Assembly: GCA_963763775.1 (NCBI GenBank)
Contig: CAVXPZ010000002.1
Location: forward strand, 64,001 to 128,000
Source of the DNA: an uncultured Chloroflexia bacterium
Lineage (GTDB): Bacteria; Chloroflexota; Limnocylindria; Limnocylindrales; CSP1-4
Direction: 5' to 3'
DNA: 64,000 nt
Shown here piece after piece: positions 9,955 through 19,997 of the stretch. The notes below the pieces were generated by a model, which ran no database searches, had not been told where the DNA came from, and saw nothing but the letters and a program-made list of their open reading frames with translations. How positions within the stretch are numbered: the stretch's first letter is position 1; each line of letters opens with the position of its first letter. Made by a program: the position numbers and the translations under genes.

Positions 9955-10881
9955 TCAGGGCGTGTAGGTGACGCTGACGGCCACGTAGTCGAGCTGGAAC
10001 TGCTTCGTGGTCAGCGTCGAGGCGTCGACGATCCGGACCCGGAAGTTCGTGGTGCTCAGCTGGGCGGCCGTCCAGGTGCGGCCCCACGTGTCCGACGTCG
10101 AGCCGAACGTGTACGTGGTCTCCGCCGCGGCCGGGATCGCCACGCTCTTGAGGGACGTCCAGGTCGTCCCGCCGTCCCAGGAGAGCTGGGCGCAGAGGTT
10201 CGTCGTGCCGCTCGCATTGTTCAACGCGAGGTCGGCCCGGACCCGGATGCCGTTGATGGACGTCACGGTGCCGGGCAGCCCGAGGACGTACCCCCAGAAC
10301 CGGTGTTGGTCCTTCGTCGTGTCGGGCGTCGCGCCGGTGCCGCACGACTGCGTCCCGCCGGTGCCGCTGTTCGCGTCGGTCGCGAACGACGAGTCGTCGA
10401 CGCAGGCGCGGGCCGGGTTGCCCTCGTAGCCGTTGTTGTCGCCGGCACTCGTCGTCTGGGCCCCGTTCGAGACGCACGGTTGATACAGCGTCGTCCCGTC
10501 GACGGCAGTGACCGTGTTGCTGTCGACGCTCTCCCAGCTCTGGAACACCGCCCGCAGCCGATACCAGAACGTCCCGCTGCCGGGGTCGTCGACGGTCGTC
10601 GTCGTGGTCCGGCCGGCGATCGCCGCGACCAGGGTGTACGTCCCGCCCGAGCTCGTCGCCCGATACAGGTTGTAGCCCGTCGCATAGGTGTCCGACGTCG
10701 CGGTCCAGCTCAGCGTGATCGAGGCGCCGCCCGCGGCGGTGAGCGTCGTCGGCGGCTGGAGGGTGTCCGACCCGACCGAGCCGGTGGACGTGGCGGCGTC
10801 GGTGTAGCGAGCCAGGGACCATGGCGCGGGAACGCCGATGACCAGGAGGGCCAGGACGAGCGGCACCGAGCGTCGGAGCAT
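9955..10881 (-). CDS. Secreted SipW-type signal-peptide protein with FN3-like and Cys-containing beta domains (TapA-like accessory)
   Basis: Hydrophobic leader then SLA|RYTD...GSVGSDTL, matching SipW-type (A|xF/YTD) cleavage. ITLSW...GYNLYR...WYRLRA is FN3-like. Confidence 0.75.
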   Translation of the reverse strand: MLRRSVPLVLALLVIGVPAPWSLARYTDAATSTGSVGSDTLQPPTTLTAAGGASITLSWTATSDTYATGYNLYRATSSGGTYTLVAAIAGRTTTTTVDDPGSGTFWYRLRAVFQSWESVDSNTVTAVDGTTLYQPCVSNGAQTTSAGDNNGYEGNPARACVDDSSFATDANSGTGGTQSCGTGATPDTTKDQHRFWGYVLGLPGTVTSINGIRVRADLALNNASGTTNLCAQLSWDGGTTWTSLKSVAIPAAAETTYTFGSTSDTWGRTWTAAQLSTTNFRVRIVDASTLTTKQFQLDYVAVSVTYTP

Positions 10882-10884
10882 CGG

Positions 10885-11478
10885 TCAGGCGACCGGGTCG
10901 GGCGTCCGGCCGTCGTCGGCCCACGCCACGCCGGCGTCGGACCCTTCGGCCTCGGCGGGGTCCCGATCGAGTGCCCACGAGCCCACCAGCAGGACGATCC
11001 CAAGCGCGATGACGAACAGGATCCCGCTCGGGATCGACAGGAGCGCGACAAGGAAGCCCGCGTACGGGATGACGAGGACCTCGCGGCCGAGGACGGCGGT
11101 CGCCGGGGTGATCGACGGATCGGGCGCGTCGTTGGCGTCGCCCTTCGTCTCCAGCCACGGCTGGCCGTCCCGTGCGGCGATGCGGATGATCCGATGCGTG
11201 AAGACCGCCCGCTGCGGTCCGCTGCGCAGGCTGACCACGTCGCCGACCGCGAGCTCGCCCGCGGCGACCGGCCTGACGACCACGGCGGCGCCGAGCGGGA
11301 TCGTCGGCTCCATCGAACCGCCGGCGACCACGAACGTGGAAGCGCCGAAGAGCGGCACGACGCGGCCGAGGACCACGCCGAACAGCGCGACCACGACGAC
11401 ACCGATCAGCGCGAGGTCAAGCGCGCGTCGCAGCCAGGTGGTCCCCCGTCGTTGCCGATCCATGGTTGGCATCTCCAT
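10885..11478 (-). CDS. sipW: Signal peptidase I, SipW (ER/archaeal Ser-His type)
   Basis: GGSMEPTI, GDVV, FTHRII, TKGDAN..D, IPYAG, with flanking TM helices. Start uncertain. Confidence 0.9.
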   Translation of the reverse strand: MEMPTMDRQRRGTTWLRRALDLALIGVVVVALFGVVLGRVVPLFGASTFVVAGGSMEPTIPLGAAVVVRPVAAGELAVGDVVSLRSGPQRAVFTHRIIRIAARDGQPWLETKGDANDAPDPSITPATAVLGREVLVIPYAGFLVALLSIPSGILFVIALGIVLLVGSWALDRDPAEAEGSDAGVAWADDGRTPDPVA

Positions 11479-11534
11479 GCTGCGACGGACCGCCACCCCG
11501 GGTGGGGCGACGGCGTCCACCGGCACGAATCGGG

Positions 11535-12125
11535 TTACGGGTTGTTGGCGGTCTGCTCGGCGTCGAACGTGAACGTCACGGCCGACGTGAGGCCCTGGAG
11601 CGTGTTCCCGCTGGTGAGCGGGAGGCTCACCCGGAAGCAGAGGACCTCGTTGCTCGCCGCCGCCAGCGTCCGGTCGCCGGCCTGGGCGCCCTGGGTGTTG
11701 CTGCCGATCGCGGCGCCGCTGAGCGCCGTGGCCGCCAGGACGGTCGTGCCGTCGAACGCGGCGCAACTGGTGCCCTGCGTCTTCACGGTCAGCTGGAGGG
11801 CCGCGCCGAGCGCGGTGGTCGCGGTCGTCGACATCGCGTAGCGGAGCGGCGCGGTGCCGGCGTTGGCGATCGTCATCGTGGCCGTGTTCGCGTCGCCGGG
11901 CATCATCGCCGCGACGTTGAACGCGACGGCCGGGCTCGATGTGATGTCGATGGTCCCGCTGGCGAACGACCCCGTCGACGCGGCGGTGTCGGTGAAGATC
12001 GCCAGGGAGAAAGCCCCGGCGCCCAGCCCGACCACGGTCAGGCCAAGCAGGGCAGCGAGGATCGGGCGGCGGTGGATGCGACGTTGCGCGCTCGGCATCC
12101 GGGTGAGGAGGTTGGACTCCTGCAC
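11535..12125 (-). CDS. TasA/CalY (camelysin)-family fibre subunit
   Basis: Leader then SLA|IFTDTAASTGSFASGTIDI, MMPGD, IANAGT, and C-terminal NTLQGLTSAVTFTFDAEQ. RBS-like AAAGGGG precedes GTG. Confidence 0.85.
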   Translation of the reverse strand: MQESNLLTRMPSAQRRIHRRPILAALLGLTVVGLGAGAFSLAIFTDTAASTGSFASGTIDITSSPAVAFNVAAMMPGDANTATMTIANAGTAPLRYAMSTTATTALGAALQLTVKTQGTSCAAFDGTTVLAATALSGAAIGSNTQGAQAGDRTLAAASNEVLCFRVSLPLTSGNTLQGLTSAVTFTFDAEQTANNP

Positions 12126-12330
12126 GGGGTGAACCCCTTTCGCTATGCAGCGGCCGGGCATGGCCGCGTTGTCCCCCCGGATCCCACAGGCGTGGAGACC
12201 CCGACGCTCTGTGCCTCCGGGATGGCATCGCGATCCGGTGAAGTGGCGTCTGGTGCATTCAAGCCGCCGCCGGTGCGTCGCCGCCACGGGACCGATGGGT
12301 CAGTGCGGGCGGTACCTTCGTCCGCCGCGC

Positions 12331-13191
12331 TCAGTCGGGTGGTGCCGCCCGCCCGCTCTCGGCCAGCCGCTCGTCGTAGCGCCGGTCGCGCCACGCCAAT
12401 GCGGCCTTGAGCCCGTCGCGCCGCACGATCTCGTCCCACTCGCGCTGTTCGGGGGTGTCGGCCGCGTTGATGATCGCGCCGAGGTCCAGGCCGGCCTCGA
12501 CCGCCATCCGGAACCCGGCCGCGTCCATCGCGCGGTTCAACATCATCTTCGTGGGACCCATGACCTCGGGCGGGGTCCGCGCGAGCCGGTCCGCCAGGGC
12601 GTCGACCTCCGCCGCCAGCCGGTCGGCCGGGACGACCCGGTTGATGAGCCCGATCCGTTCGGCCTCGACCGCGTCGATGAGGTCGCCGGTCAGCAGCAGC
12701 TCCCGGGTCTTCTTCTGGCCGATCAGGTACGGCATGAGGAGGGTGACCGGCGCCGAGCCATACCGGATCTCCGGTTCGCCGAGCTTGGTCCCCTCAGCGG
12801 CGACCACGAGGTCGCAGGCCATGGCGATCTCGAGGCCCCCCGCGAGCGCGTACCCGTGCACCTGGGCGATGACCGGCTTCGCGAGATCGAGGATCCGCAG
12901 CGTCGCCGCGACGTCGGCCGCAAGGAGCTCGCGCCAGCGGACCGGTCCCTCGATCCCGCCGTCGACCTCCTCGGCGAGGTCGTAGCCCGCCGAGAACGCC
13001 CGCCCGGCGCCCTCCAGCACCACCACCCGCACGCTCGGGTCCGCGGCCGCCGCGTCCAGGGCCGCGACGAGCGCTTCGACGAGCGGGCCCGAGAGCGCAT
13101 TCAGCTTGGCCGGACGGTTCAGGGTCAGGCGGACGCCCCACGGCGTCGACGTCGTCAGGACGAGGGCCGTCCCGTCGTCAGGTGCCGGCAT
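12331..13191 (-). CDS. Enoyl-CoA hydratase/isomerase family protein
   Basis: LNRPAKLNALS, AFSAGYDL, KPVIAQVHGYALAGGLE, PEIRYG. Confidence 0.92.
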   Translation of the reverse strand: MPAPDDGTALVLTTSTPWGVRLTLNRPAKLNALSGPLVEALVAALDAAAADPSVRVVVLEGAGRAFSAGYDLAEEVDGGIEGPVRWRELLAADVAATLRILDLAKPVIAQVHGYALAGGLEIAMACDLVVAAEGTKLGEPEIRYGSAPVTLLMPYLIGQKKTRELLLTGDLIDAVEAERIGLINRVVPADRLAAEVDALADRLARTPPEVMGPTKMMLNRAMDAAGFRMAVEAGLDLGAIINAADTPEQREWDEIVRRDGLKAALAWRDRRYDERLAESGRAAPPD

Positions 13192-15385
13192 CCCGTCCCT
13201 CCTCGAGCACGACCAGGGCGTCGACGGCGATCGCGCCGGTCGCCGACGCGATGACCGGATTGAGGTCGACCTCGAGCACGTCCGGTCGATCGGCACCGAG
13301 CCGGCCCAGGGCGACGAGCATCGCCGCGACCGCGGACCGGTCCACCGGCGGGCGTCCTCGGACGCCGTCGAGCAGCGCGCGGCCGCGCAGGTCGTCGAGC
13401 ATCGCCATCGCCGCTCGAGGGGTGACCGGGGCCAGGCGGATCGCGACGTCGTCGAGGACCTCGGCGAGGATGCCGCCCAGGCCGACGAGGACCGCGGGTC
13501 CGAACTGCGGGTCGCGCTGGAGCCCGACGATCAGCTCCACCCCCGGGTCCGCCATCGGCTCCACGAGCAGGCCTCGGACCTCGAGCCCGGACACCCGGGC
13601 CGCGTCGAGCATCCGCTCGGCCGCCGTGCGGACCGCCTCGTCGCCGACGAGCCCCAGGGCCACGCCGCCGACCTCGGTCTTGTGCCACACGCCCGCGGCA
13701 TCGAGCTTGATCGCCACGGCGCCGCCGATCCCGCGGGCCGCATCGACCGCCTCCCCGGCGTCGGCCGCCGGCACGGGACGGACGACCTCGATCCCGGCCG
13801 CCCCGAGGAACGCGAGGCTCTCGCGTTCCGCGAGCGGACGCCCATGGCCCGCCGGTCTCGGCATGGGCTCGCGGTCCGCGCCGTACGACGTGCGGTCCGC
13901 GGCCAGCGCCGGCCAACCGCCCCGCCAGGGTCCCACGGCGTGGCGGTGGTCCCGCCGGGTGGTCCAGCGGGCGGTCTTGGCGATCGCCGTGAACGCTTCG
14001 ACGCCACCGCGCAGCAACGGCGCGCCGCCGCCCTTCGTGTCCAGCAGCGCCTTCGTCTCGGCCGGTGGCTCGCCCGACGTCAGGGAGACGTAGACGGGCA
14101 GGATCGAGGGGCGGTCGGCGGTGGCCTCGAGCAGCTGGAAGGACACGTCGTTCGCCGTCCCCACCTCGGAGGGCAGTGACCGGTAGGGGAAGTCGTGCAC
14201 GATCGCGAGCACGTCGTAGGCCCCGGAGGCCGCCATCGCCTCGAAGGCGGCCCCGTAGGCGACGGCCGGGTCGTCGGCGCCCCACGGATCGAGGGGGTTG
14301 CCGACGTAGCCCATCGTGGGCAGAGCGGCCAGGATCGCGGCGCGCGCGGCGTCGGGGATCGGCGGAAGGTCCACGCCGGTCTGCGGCACCTGGTCGGCGA
14401 TGAGCGAGGCCTCCCCGGTCGACACCGTCACGACCCCGGTCCGCCCGCGCCCGACGGAGCGCCCGGTCCGCCGCATCCCCTCGACGAGCTCGGCCGTCTC
14501 GAGCAGCTCGTCGAGGTCGGCACAGCGGATGACGCCGGCCGCGTCGAGCGCCGCGTCGGTGATCCGGGCCTCCCCGGCGAGCGAGCCGGAGTGCGCGACG
14601 GCGGCCTGCTGCGCCTGGGGGCTGCGGCCGACCTTGACCGCCATGATCGGCTTGCCCAGCTCGAGGGCGCGGTCCGCGAGCGCGAGGAACCGCTCGGGCC
14701 GCTTGAAGCCCTCGACGAAGAGGATGACCGAGGTGGTCTCCGGGTCGTCGAGGCAGAACGCGAGGTAGTCGCAGACGTCGAGGACCACCTCGGAGCCGCA
14801 CGAGATGATCCGGCTGAACCCGACGCGCGAGCCCGAGTGGACGTACGCGTCGGTGACCGAACCCGATTGCGCGATCCCGGCGACGCCGCCGCGCGGCAGG
14901 TACGGCGAGACGTCGCCGATGTACGTCGCGGCGTTCGCCACGAGGTCGATGACGCCCATGCAGTTCGGTCCGAGGAGCGCGATCCCGTGCTCCCGCGCGA
15001 TGCGGGCCACCTCGGCCTGCATGGCCGCCGCAGCCGGACCGCCTTCCACGACCCCACCGCCCGGGATGATCACCGCGGGCACGCCCGCCGCCGCCGCCGC
15101 CTCGGTCACGGACGCCGCCCGCAGCGGATTGAGGGCGACGACGGCGATGTCCGGCCGCTCGGGCAGCGCCTCGAGGCTCGGGTAGCACGGCTGACCGTGC
15201 AGCTCGTCGTACTTGGGGTTGACGAAGTGGCAGCGCGTCGCGCTGCCCATGGTCCGCAGGTTGTCGCGGACGGTCTCGGCGATCCAGCTCCGCGGCGAGG
15301 CGCCGACCACCGCGACCGACCGCGGCGCGAAGAGCGGGCGGAGGTCGATCTCGCCGGTGGCGCGCACCGCGGCCGGGTCGGTCAT
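13178..15385 (-). CDS. Acetate/acyl-CoA ligase (ADP-forming), fused alpha-beta type
   Basis: PRSVAVVGAS, GPNCMG, QSG, AHSGSLAG (phospho-His), NPLD, HKTEVGGV, DPQFGP, DLNP. Confidence 0.9.
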   Translation of the reverse strand: MTDPAAVRATGEIDLRPLFAPRSVAVVGASPRSWIAETVRDNLRTMGSATRCHFVNPKYDELHGQPCYPSLEALPERPDIAVVALNPLRAASVTEAAAAAGVPAVIIPGGGVVEGGPAAAAMQAEVARIAREHGIALLGPNCMGVIDLVANAATYIGDVSPYLPRGGVAGIAQSGSVTDAYVHSGSRVGFSRIISCGSEVVLDVCDYLAFCLDDPETTSVILFVEGFKRPERFLALADRALELGKPIMAVKVGRSPQAQQAAVAHSGSLAGEARITDAALDAAGVIRCADLDELLETAELVEGMRRTGRSVGRGRTGVVTVSTGEASLIADQVPQTGVDLPPIPDAARAAILAALPTMGYVGNPLDPWGADDPAVAYGAAFEAMAASGAYDVLAIVHDFPYRSLPSEVGTANDVSFQLLEATADRPSILPVYVSLTSGEPPAETKALLDTKGGGAPLLRGGVEAFTAIAKTARWTTRRDHRHAVGPWRGGWPALAADRTSYGADREPMPRPAGHGRPLAERESLAFLGAAGIEVVRPVPAADAGEAVDAARGIGGAVAIKLDAAGVWHKTEVGGVALGLVGDEAVRTAAERMLDAARVSGLEVRGLLVEPMADPGVELIVGLQRDPQFGPAVLVGLGGILAEVLDDVAIRLAPVTPRAAMAMLDDLRGRALLDGVRGRPPVDRSAVAAMLVALGRLGADRPDVLEVDLNPVIASATGAIAVDALVVLEEGRDAGT

Positions 15386-16557
15386 CCGACCACCCGGCCG
15401 ACGCCGCGCTTCTCGAGGGCGCGGGCGACGATCAGCCGCTGGATCTCCGAGGTCCCCTCCCAGATCCGGTCGACGCGCAGCTCGCGGAAGAACCGCTCCG
15501 CCGGGTACTCGCGCATGTAGCCGCGGCCCCCGAAGACCTGGACGACGCGGTCGGCGCATCGGAATGCCGCCTCCGAGGCGAACAGCTTGGCGAGCGAGGC
15601 CTTCGCGTGGACCACCTTCGGGTCGGCGCCGGTATCGGCCAGCCAGGCGCACTCGCGGGTGAGCAGGCGCGCCGCGGACGCGTCGGCGGCGGAGTCGGCC
15701 AGCGGGAACGACACGCCCTGGAAGTCGTAGATCCGCTCACCGAACTGGATCCGCTCCGTCGCCCACTCGACGGCGAGCGTGAGGAGGCGCTCCATCGCGC
15801 CGCTGCAGCGCGCGCCGATGTGGATGCGCTCCTCGACGAACCACTCGTTCGTGAGCTCGTCCGCGCGGCCGACGCCGCCGAGCACGGCGCTCGCCGGGAC
15901 GCGCACGCCGGACAGCACGAACTGGGGATGCCGGTCCGCGAAGGTGTGCATGTAGTCGGGGTCGTGGTTGACCCGGACGCCGGGAACGTCGTAGTCGACG
16001 AGGAACAGCGTGGGCAGGCGGCGGTCGCCGTCGACGACGTTGGCCTGGAAGATCATGAAGTCCGTGTCGTCCGGGCCCGTCACGAACCACTTCTCGCCAT
16101 CGAGGATGTAATCGCCGGTGGCGGTGTCGCGGACCGCCGTCGCACGGATCGCGCGCGCGTCGGAGCCGGCCCCGTCCTCCGTGACCGCGTAGCTGCCGGA
16201 GCGCTCGCCGCGCATCGATGGGTCGAAGTACCGGCGTTTCTGCTCCGCATCGCCGTGGACGAGCACGTTGTACGGGCCCGGGATGTACGACCACAGGCCG
16301 CCGGTCACCTGGCCGAGCTGCTCGTGGACGAGCACCTGCTCGAAGACCGACCAGCCCTGGCCGCCGAGTCCCACGGGGAAGTTGCCCCCGTGCAGCCGGG
16401 CCTCGATGGCGGCCCGACGGATCGGGTCACCCCAATCGCGCGGCACCTTGCCGCCGGCACGCTCGAACTCCTGCTCCTTCGGCTGGAGCACGTCGTGAAC
16501 GAACGCGCGCGCTCGCGCCTGGAGCTCGAGCTGGGCGTCGGTGAGCGTCAGGTCCAT
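15382..16557 (-). CDS. Acyl-CoA dehydrogenase
   Basis: AVTEDGAGSD, GEKWFVT, RIQFG, QVFGGRGY, RIWEGTSEIQR. Confidence 0.93.
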   Translation of the reverse strand: MDLTLTDAQLELQARARAFVHDVLQPKEQEFERAGGKVPRDWGDPIRRAAIEARLHGGNFPVGLGGQGWSVFEQVLVHEQLGQVTGGLWSYIPGPYNVLVHGDAEQKRRYFDPSMRGERSGSYAVTEDGAGSDARAIRATAVRDTATGDYILDGEKWFVTGPDDTDFMIFQANVVDGDRRLPTLFLVDYDVPGVRVNHDPDYMHTFADRHPQFVLSGVRVPASAVLGGVGRADELTNEWFVEERIHIGARCSGAMERLLTLAVEWATERIQFGERIYDFQGVSFPLADSAADASAARLLTRECAWLADTGADPKVVHAKASLAKLFASEAAFRCADRVVQVFGGRGYMREYPAERFFRELRVDRIWEGTSEIQRLIVARALEKRGVGRVVG

Positions 16558-16617
16558 GGGCGCCAGTCTGGCGTACGCGGCGGGCGGCTCACGGGTCCCG
16601 TCGCGGGCCTCGGGACG

Positions 16618-18063
16618 TCAACCCGGCTGGGCGAGCACCATGATCCGGATCTCGGTCATGTCCTCCATCGCCCAGCGCAGCCCCTCGCGGCCGAGCCCGG
16701 AGTCCTTGACCCCGCCGTAGGGCATGTGGTCGATGCGGTAGGTCGGGATGTCGTTGACGATGACCCCGCCCACCTCGAGCTCGCCGAACGCCCGCCAGGC
16801 GCCCGCCAGGTCGTTGGTGAAGACGCCCGTCTGCAGCCCGAACATGCTGTCGTTGACCTTGGCGATGGCCTCGTCCATGGTCCGGAACGGGGCGGCCACC
16901 ACGAGCGGGGCGAAGGCCTCGTTCGAGCAGACCTGGGCCGTCGTCGGGACGCCGGTCAGGACCGTCGGCGGGAAGAACGTGCCGTCGGCCGTGCCACCCG
17001 CGAGGAGCGTGCCGCCCAGGGCGACCGCCTCGTCGACCCAGCGCTGGGTCCGCGCCGCCGCGGCGCCATCGACCATCGGCCCGACGTCGGTCGCCGGGTC
17101 GAGCGGGTCACCGAGCTTGAGCGACTTCACGCCCTCGACGAAGCGGGACATGAACGCGTCCCAGACATCCTCGTGGATGAACGCCCGCTGCACGCTGATG
17201 CAGACCTGGCCGGCATACGCGAAGCCGCCGATCAGGATCCGCTTGACGGCCCACTCGAGGTCCGCGCTCTTGTCGACGATGACGCCGGCGTTGCCGCCGA
17301 GCTCGAGGACGACCTTCTTCTTGCCGGCGCGCTCCTTCATGCGCCAGCCGACGCTCGGGCTGCCGGTGAACGTCAGGAGCTTGAAGCGCTCGTCCGCGAC
17401 CATCCGGTCGCCGAGCTCGCGGGTCATCGGCAGGATCGAGACCGACCCGGCCGGCGCGCCCGCCGCCTCGACGATCTCGGCGACGGCCAGCATCACCAGC
17501 GGGTCCTTGGACGGCGGCTTGAGCACGATCGGATTGCCCGTCGCGATCGCCGGCGCGAGCTTGTGCGCGGCGAGGTTCAGCGGGAAGTTGAACGGGCTGA
17601 TCGCGGCGATCGGGCCGATCGGGAACCGGCGCGTGATCCCGACGCGGTCCTTCGACGACGGCATGAGGTCGAGCGGGATGAGCTCGCCGGTCATCCGCTC
17701 GGCCTCCTCGGCGCCGAGGCGGAAGGTCAGCGTGGCGCGGTCGACCTCGACGAGCGCGTCGCGGATCGGCTTGCCGGCCTCGAGCGCGATGAGCCGGCCG
17801 AGCTCCTCGCGACGGTCCTTGATCCCCGCGCTGATCTCGCGCAGGATCCGCCCGCGCTCGTAGGCCGGCAGGTGACGCGTGACCTCGAAGGCGGCCACGG
17901 CCGCCTCGACGGCCGCCTCGTACTGGGCCTCGCTGGCATGGAACGTCGACCCGGCCGGGGTCGTGGGGTCCGCCGGATTGGCGACGACGAGCGGCTCGTC
18001 GGACTCGACCCAGCGGCCGGCCAGGAAGATGGGATGGGGCTTGGTGCCGGCGACGATGGCCAT
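16618..18063 (-). CDS. Aldehyde dehydrogenase
   Basis: SPFNFP, FTGS, LELGGN, GQVCIS, EAFAP, PYGGVKDSGLGREG. Confidence 0.94.
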   Translation of the reverse strand: MAIVAGTKPHPIFLAGRWVESDEPLVVANPADPTTPAGSTFHASEAQYEAAVEAAVAAFEVTRHLPAYERGRILREISAGIKDRREELGRLIALEAGKPIRDALVEVDRATLTFRLGAEEAERMTGELIPLDLMPSSKDRVGITRRFPIGPIAAISPFNFPLNLAAHKLAPAIATGNPIVLKPPSKDPLVMLAVAEIVEAAGAPAGSVSILPMTRELGDRMVADERFKLLTFTGSPSVGWRMKERAGKKKVVLELGGNAGVIVDKSADLEWAVKRILIGGFAYAGQVCISVQRAFIHEDVWDAFMSRFVEGVKSLKLGDPLDPATDVGPMVDGAAAARTQRWVDEAVALGGTLLAGGTADGTFFPPTVLTGVPTTAQVCSNEAFAPLVVAAPFRTMDEAIAKVNDSMFGLQTGVFTNDLAGAWRAFGELEVGGVIVNDIPTYRIDHMPYGGVKDSGLGREGLRWAMEDMTEIRIMVLAQPG

Positions 18064-18150
18064 CGGGAGGGGCTCCTGGGGCAAGCGGGTTGCGGTACCG
18101 TCGCATCGTACAACCCGGACCCACGGACCCGACGCTCAGGAGGCCGCCAG

Positions 18151-18974
18151 ATGGGCAACGGCACCGACCTGCGAGACGCGCTGCGCGTCCGACCCGGCTC
18201 CCGCATCCACCTCGAGAAGCTCGACCCCGCCGCTACCCACGGGCGCGACAAGGCCTCGGCGGCCGAGGCGACCGCGAAGCAGCTCGTGCGGCTCGGCGAG
18301 CTGCAGGACCGGTTCTGGGCCGAGGCGAAGCACTCGGTGCTCGTGGTCCTCCAGGGCATCGATGCCGCCGGCAAGGACGGGACGATCAACAAGGTGATGG
18401 AGGCCTTCAACCCGCAGGGGTGCCCGGTCACCAGCTTCAAGGTCCCGAGCAGCGACGAGCTGGCCCACGACTACCTGTGGCGGGTGCACAAGGCGGTCCC
18501 GCGCAAGGGCGAGATCGGGATCTTCAACCGCTCGCACTACGAGGATGTCCTGATCGTCCGGGTCCACGACCTCGTGCCCAAGCGTGTGTGGTCCAAGCGG
18601 TTCCACCAGATCAACGAGTTCGAGCGCACCCTCGCCGAGAACGGCACCACCATCGTGAAGTTCTTCCTGTCGATCTCGAAGGACGAGCAGCGCGAGCGGT
18701 TCCAGGCGCGCTACGACGACCCCACGAAGCGCTGGAAGTTCTCGATGGCCGACCTGTCCGAGCGCGAGCGGTGGGACGACTACCAGGTCGCCTTCGACGA
18801 CGCGATCTCGAAGACCTCGACCGACTGGGCACCGTGGTACGTCATCCCGGCCGAACCGCAAGTGGTTCCGCAACCTCGCGGTCGCGACGATCCTCGCCGA
18901 CACGATGGCCGGGCTCCGTCCCGCGTACCCGGCGGTCGCGGCGGACGTCCCCGCGGATCCTCGAGATCACCTAG
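18151..18974 (+). CDS. ppk2: Polyphosphate kinase 2 family protein; two apparent +1 frameshifts (~18855, ~18960)
   Basis: QGIDAAGKDG Walker A, NPQG, FNRSHYEDVL, KFFLSISK, WKFS, APWYVIPA. Continues D-RKWFRNLAVA in a shifted frame. Confidence 0.92.
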
Positions 18975-19983
18975 GCGCGGGCGCCCGCGGCGGGACCAGC
19001 GTCCCCAGGGTCTCCGCCGTCGCCCGTTCGAACCCGCCCATCGCATCGGGCTCGAGACCTCGCACGGCGCGTTCCCAGGCGGCCGCCTTGGCGATCGGCG
19101 CCAGCCGGATGGCGCGGTCGGCGACCTCCGCCAGGGCTCGGGACGGGAGCCGGTCCGTCCACGCCTCGAGGTACGCGTCGCGCAAGCGGACGATCCCCGG
19201 CGCCGCGGTCGTCGTCCCGGTCCGGCGGGCGATGGAGGCCAGCGTCTGCGCGAGCGTCTGGAACGGGTGCGCCAGGGTCGCATCGCCCCAGTCGAAGAGG
19301 CGGAACCCGGCCCCGTCGACCAGCACGTTCCCGCCGTGCAGGTCGCCGTGGTCGATCGAGTCGGGGATCCCTGCGGCGGCGAGATCCGCCGCCGCGGCCT
19401 CCGCCATCCCGAGCCGCGACCGCAGCCGTCGGCGCGTCGCCGCCGCGCCGGCCCGCGCCCAGGGGGCCTCGTCGTCGAGCAGGCTCGCGAGGATCGTCGG
19501 CAGGCGGGCGGGTCGGGCATCCGGGATCCCGGTCGTGGCGAGGCTCGCGGCCCATGGCTCGGCGGCACGCTGCATCGCGGCGTAGCCCCGGAGCACACGC
19601 TCCCACGCCCCGAGGTCGCGGTCCCCGGACCCGTCCGGTCCACGAGCACGGAGGGTCGGCCCGCCATCGTCGAAGAGCAGCCAGGCGCGACCGTGGTCGG
19701 CGGCCAGCGGGTAGAGCACGTGCGCCACCCCGTGCTCGGCCAAGGCGGCGAGCAGGGGGCCTTCGTAGGCCGGTCCGGGACCCGTCGCCTTCGACCAGGC
19801 CACGCCGCGGTCGGTCGGGATCCGAAAGGCGGTCGACCATGGCGTCAGGTGGGGCTGGTCCACCGTCCCGGCCACGTGCCGGCCGGCGGCGGCGAGCTCG
19901 GCCTCGGCCCAGGCCAGGTGTCCGGCTCGCCACGCTGGGTCGGTCCAGGTCGCCGTCCCGGTGGGGATGCCGCCGTCCGCCAT
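18967..19983 (-). CDS. Aminoglycoside-phosphotransferase/choline-kinase-like protein
   Basis: PWSTAFR, HGDLHGGNV, FDWGD, HPF. Confidence 0.85.
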   Translation of the reverse strand: MADGGIPTGTATWTDPAWRAGHLAWAEAELAAAGRHVAGTVDQPHLTPWSTAFRIPTDRGVAWSKATGPGPAYEGPLLAALAEHGVAHVLYPLAADHGRAWLLFDDGGPTLRARGPDGSGDRDLGAWERVLRGYAAMQRAAEPWAASLATTGIPDARPARLPTILASLLDDEAPWARAGAAATRRRLRSRLGMAEAAAADLAAAGIPDSIDHGDLHGGNVLVDGAGFRLFDWGDATLAHPFQTLAQTLASIARRTGTTTAAPGIVRLRDAYLEAWTDRLPSRALAEVADRAIRLAPIAKAAAWERAVRGLEPDAMGGFERATAETLGTLVPPRAPAPR

Positions 19984-19997
19984 GCGAGGGCTGCCGC

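Noticed and set aside
12126-12330. c-di-GMP riboswitch upstream of the TasA-like gene
   Set aside because: It is plausible by context, but I could not find class I or class II consensus features by eye. Short words shared with the 9760-9890 leader (GTCTCCAC, GGATCC) may be chance. An Rfam scan is needed.
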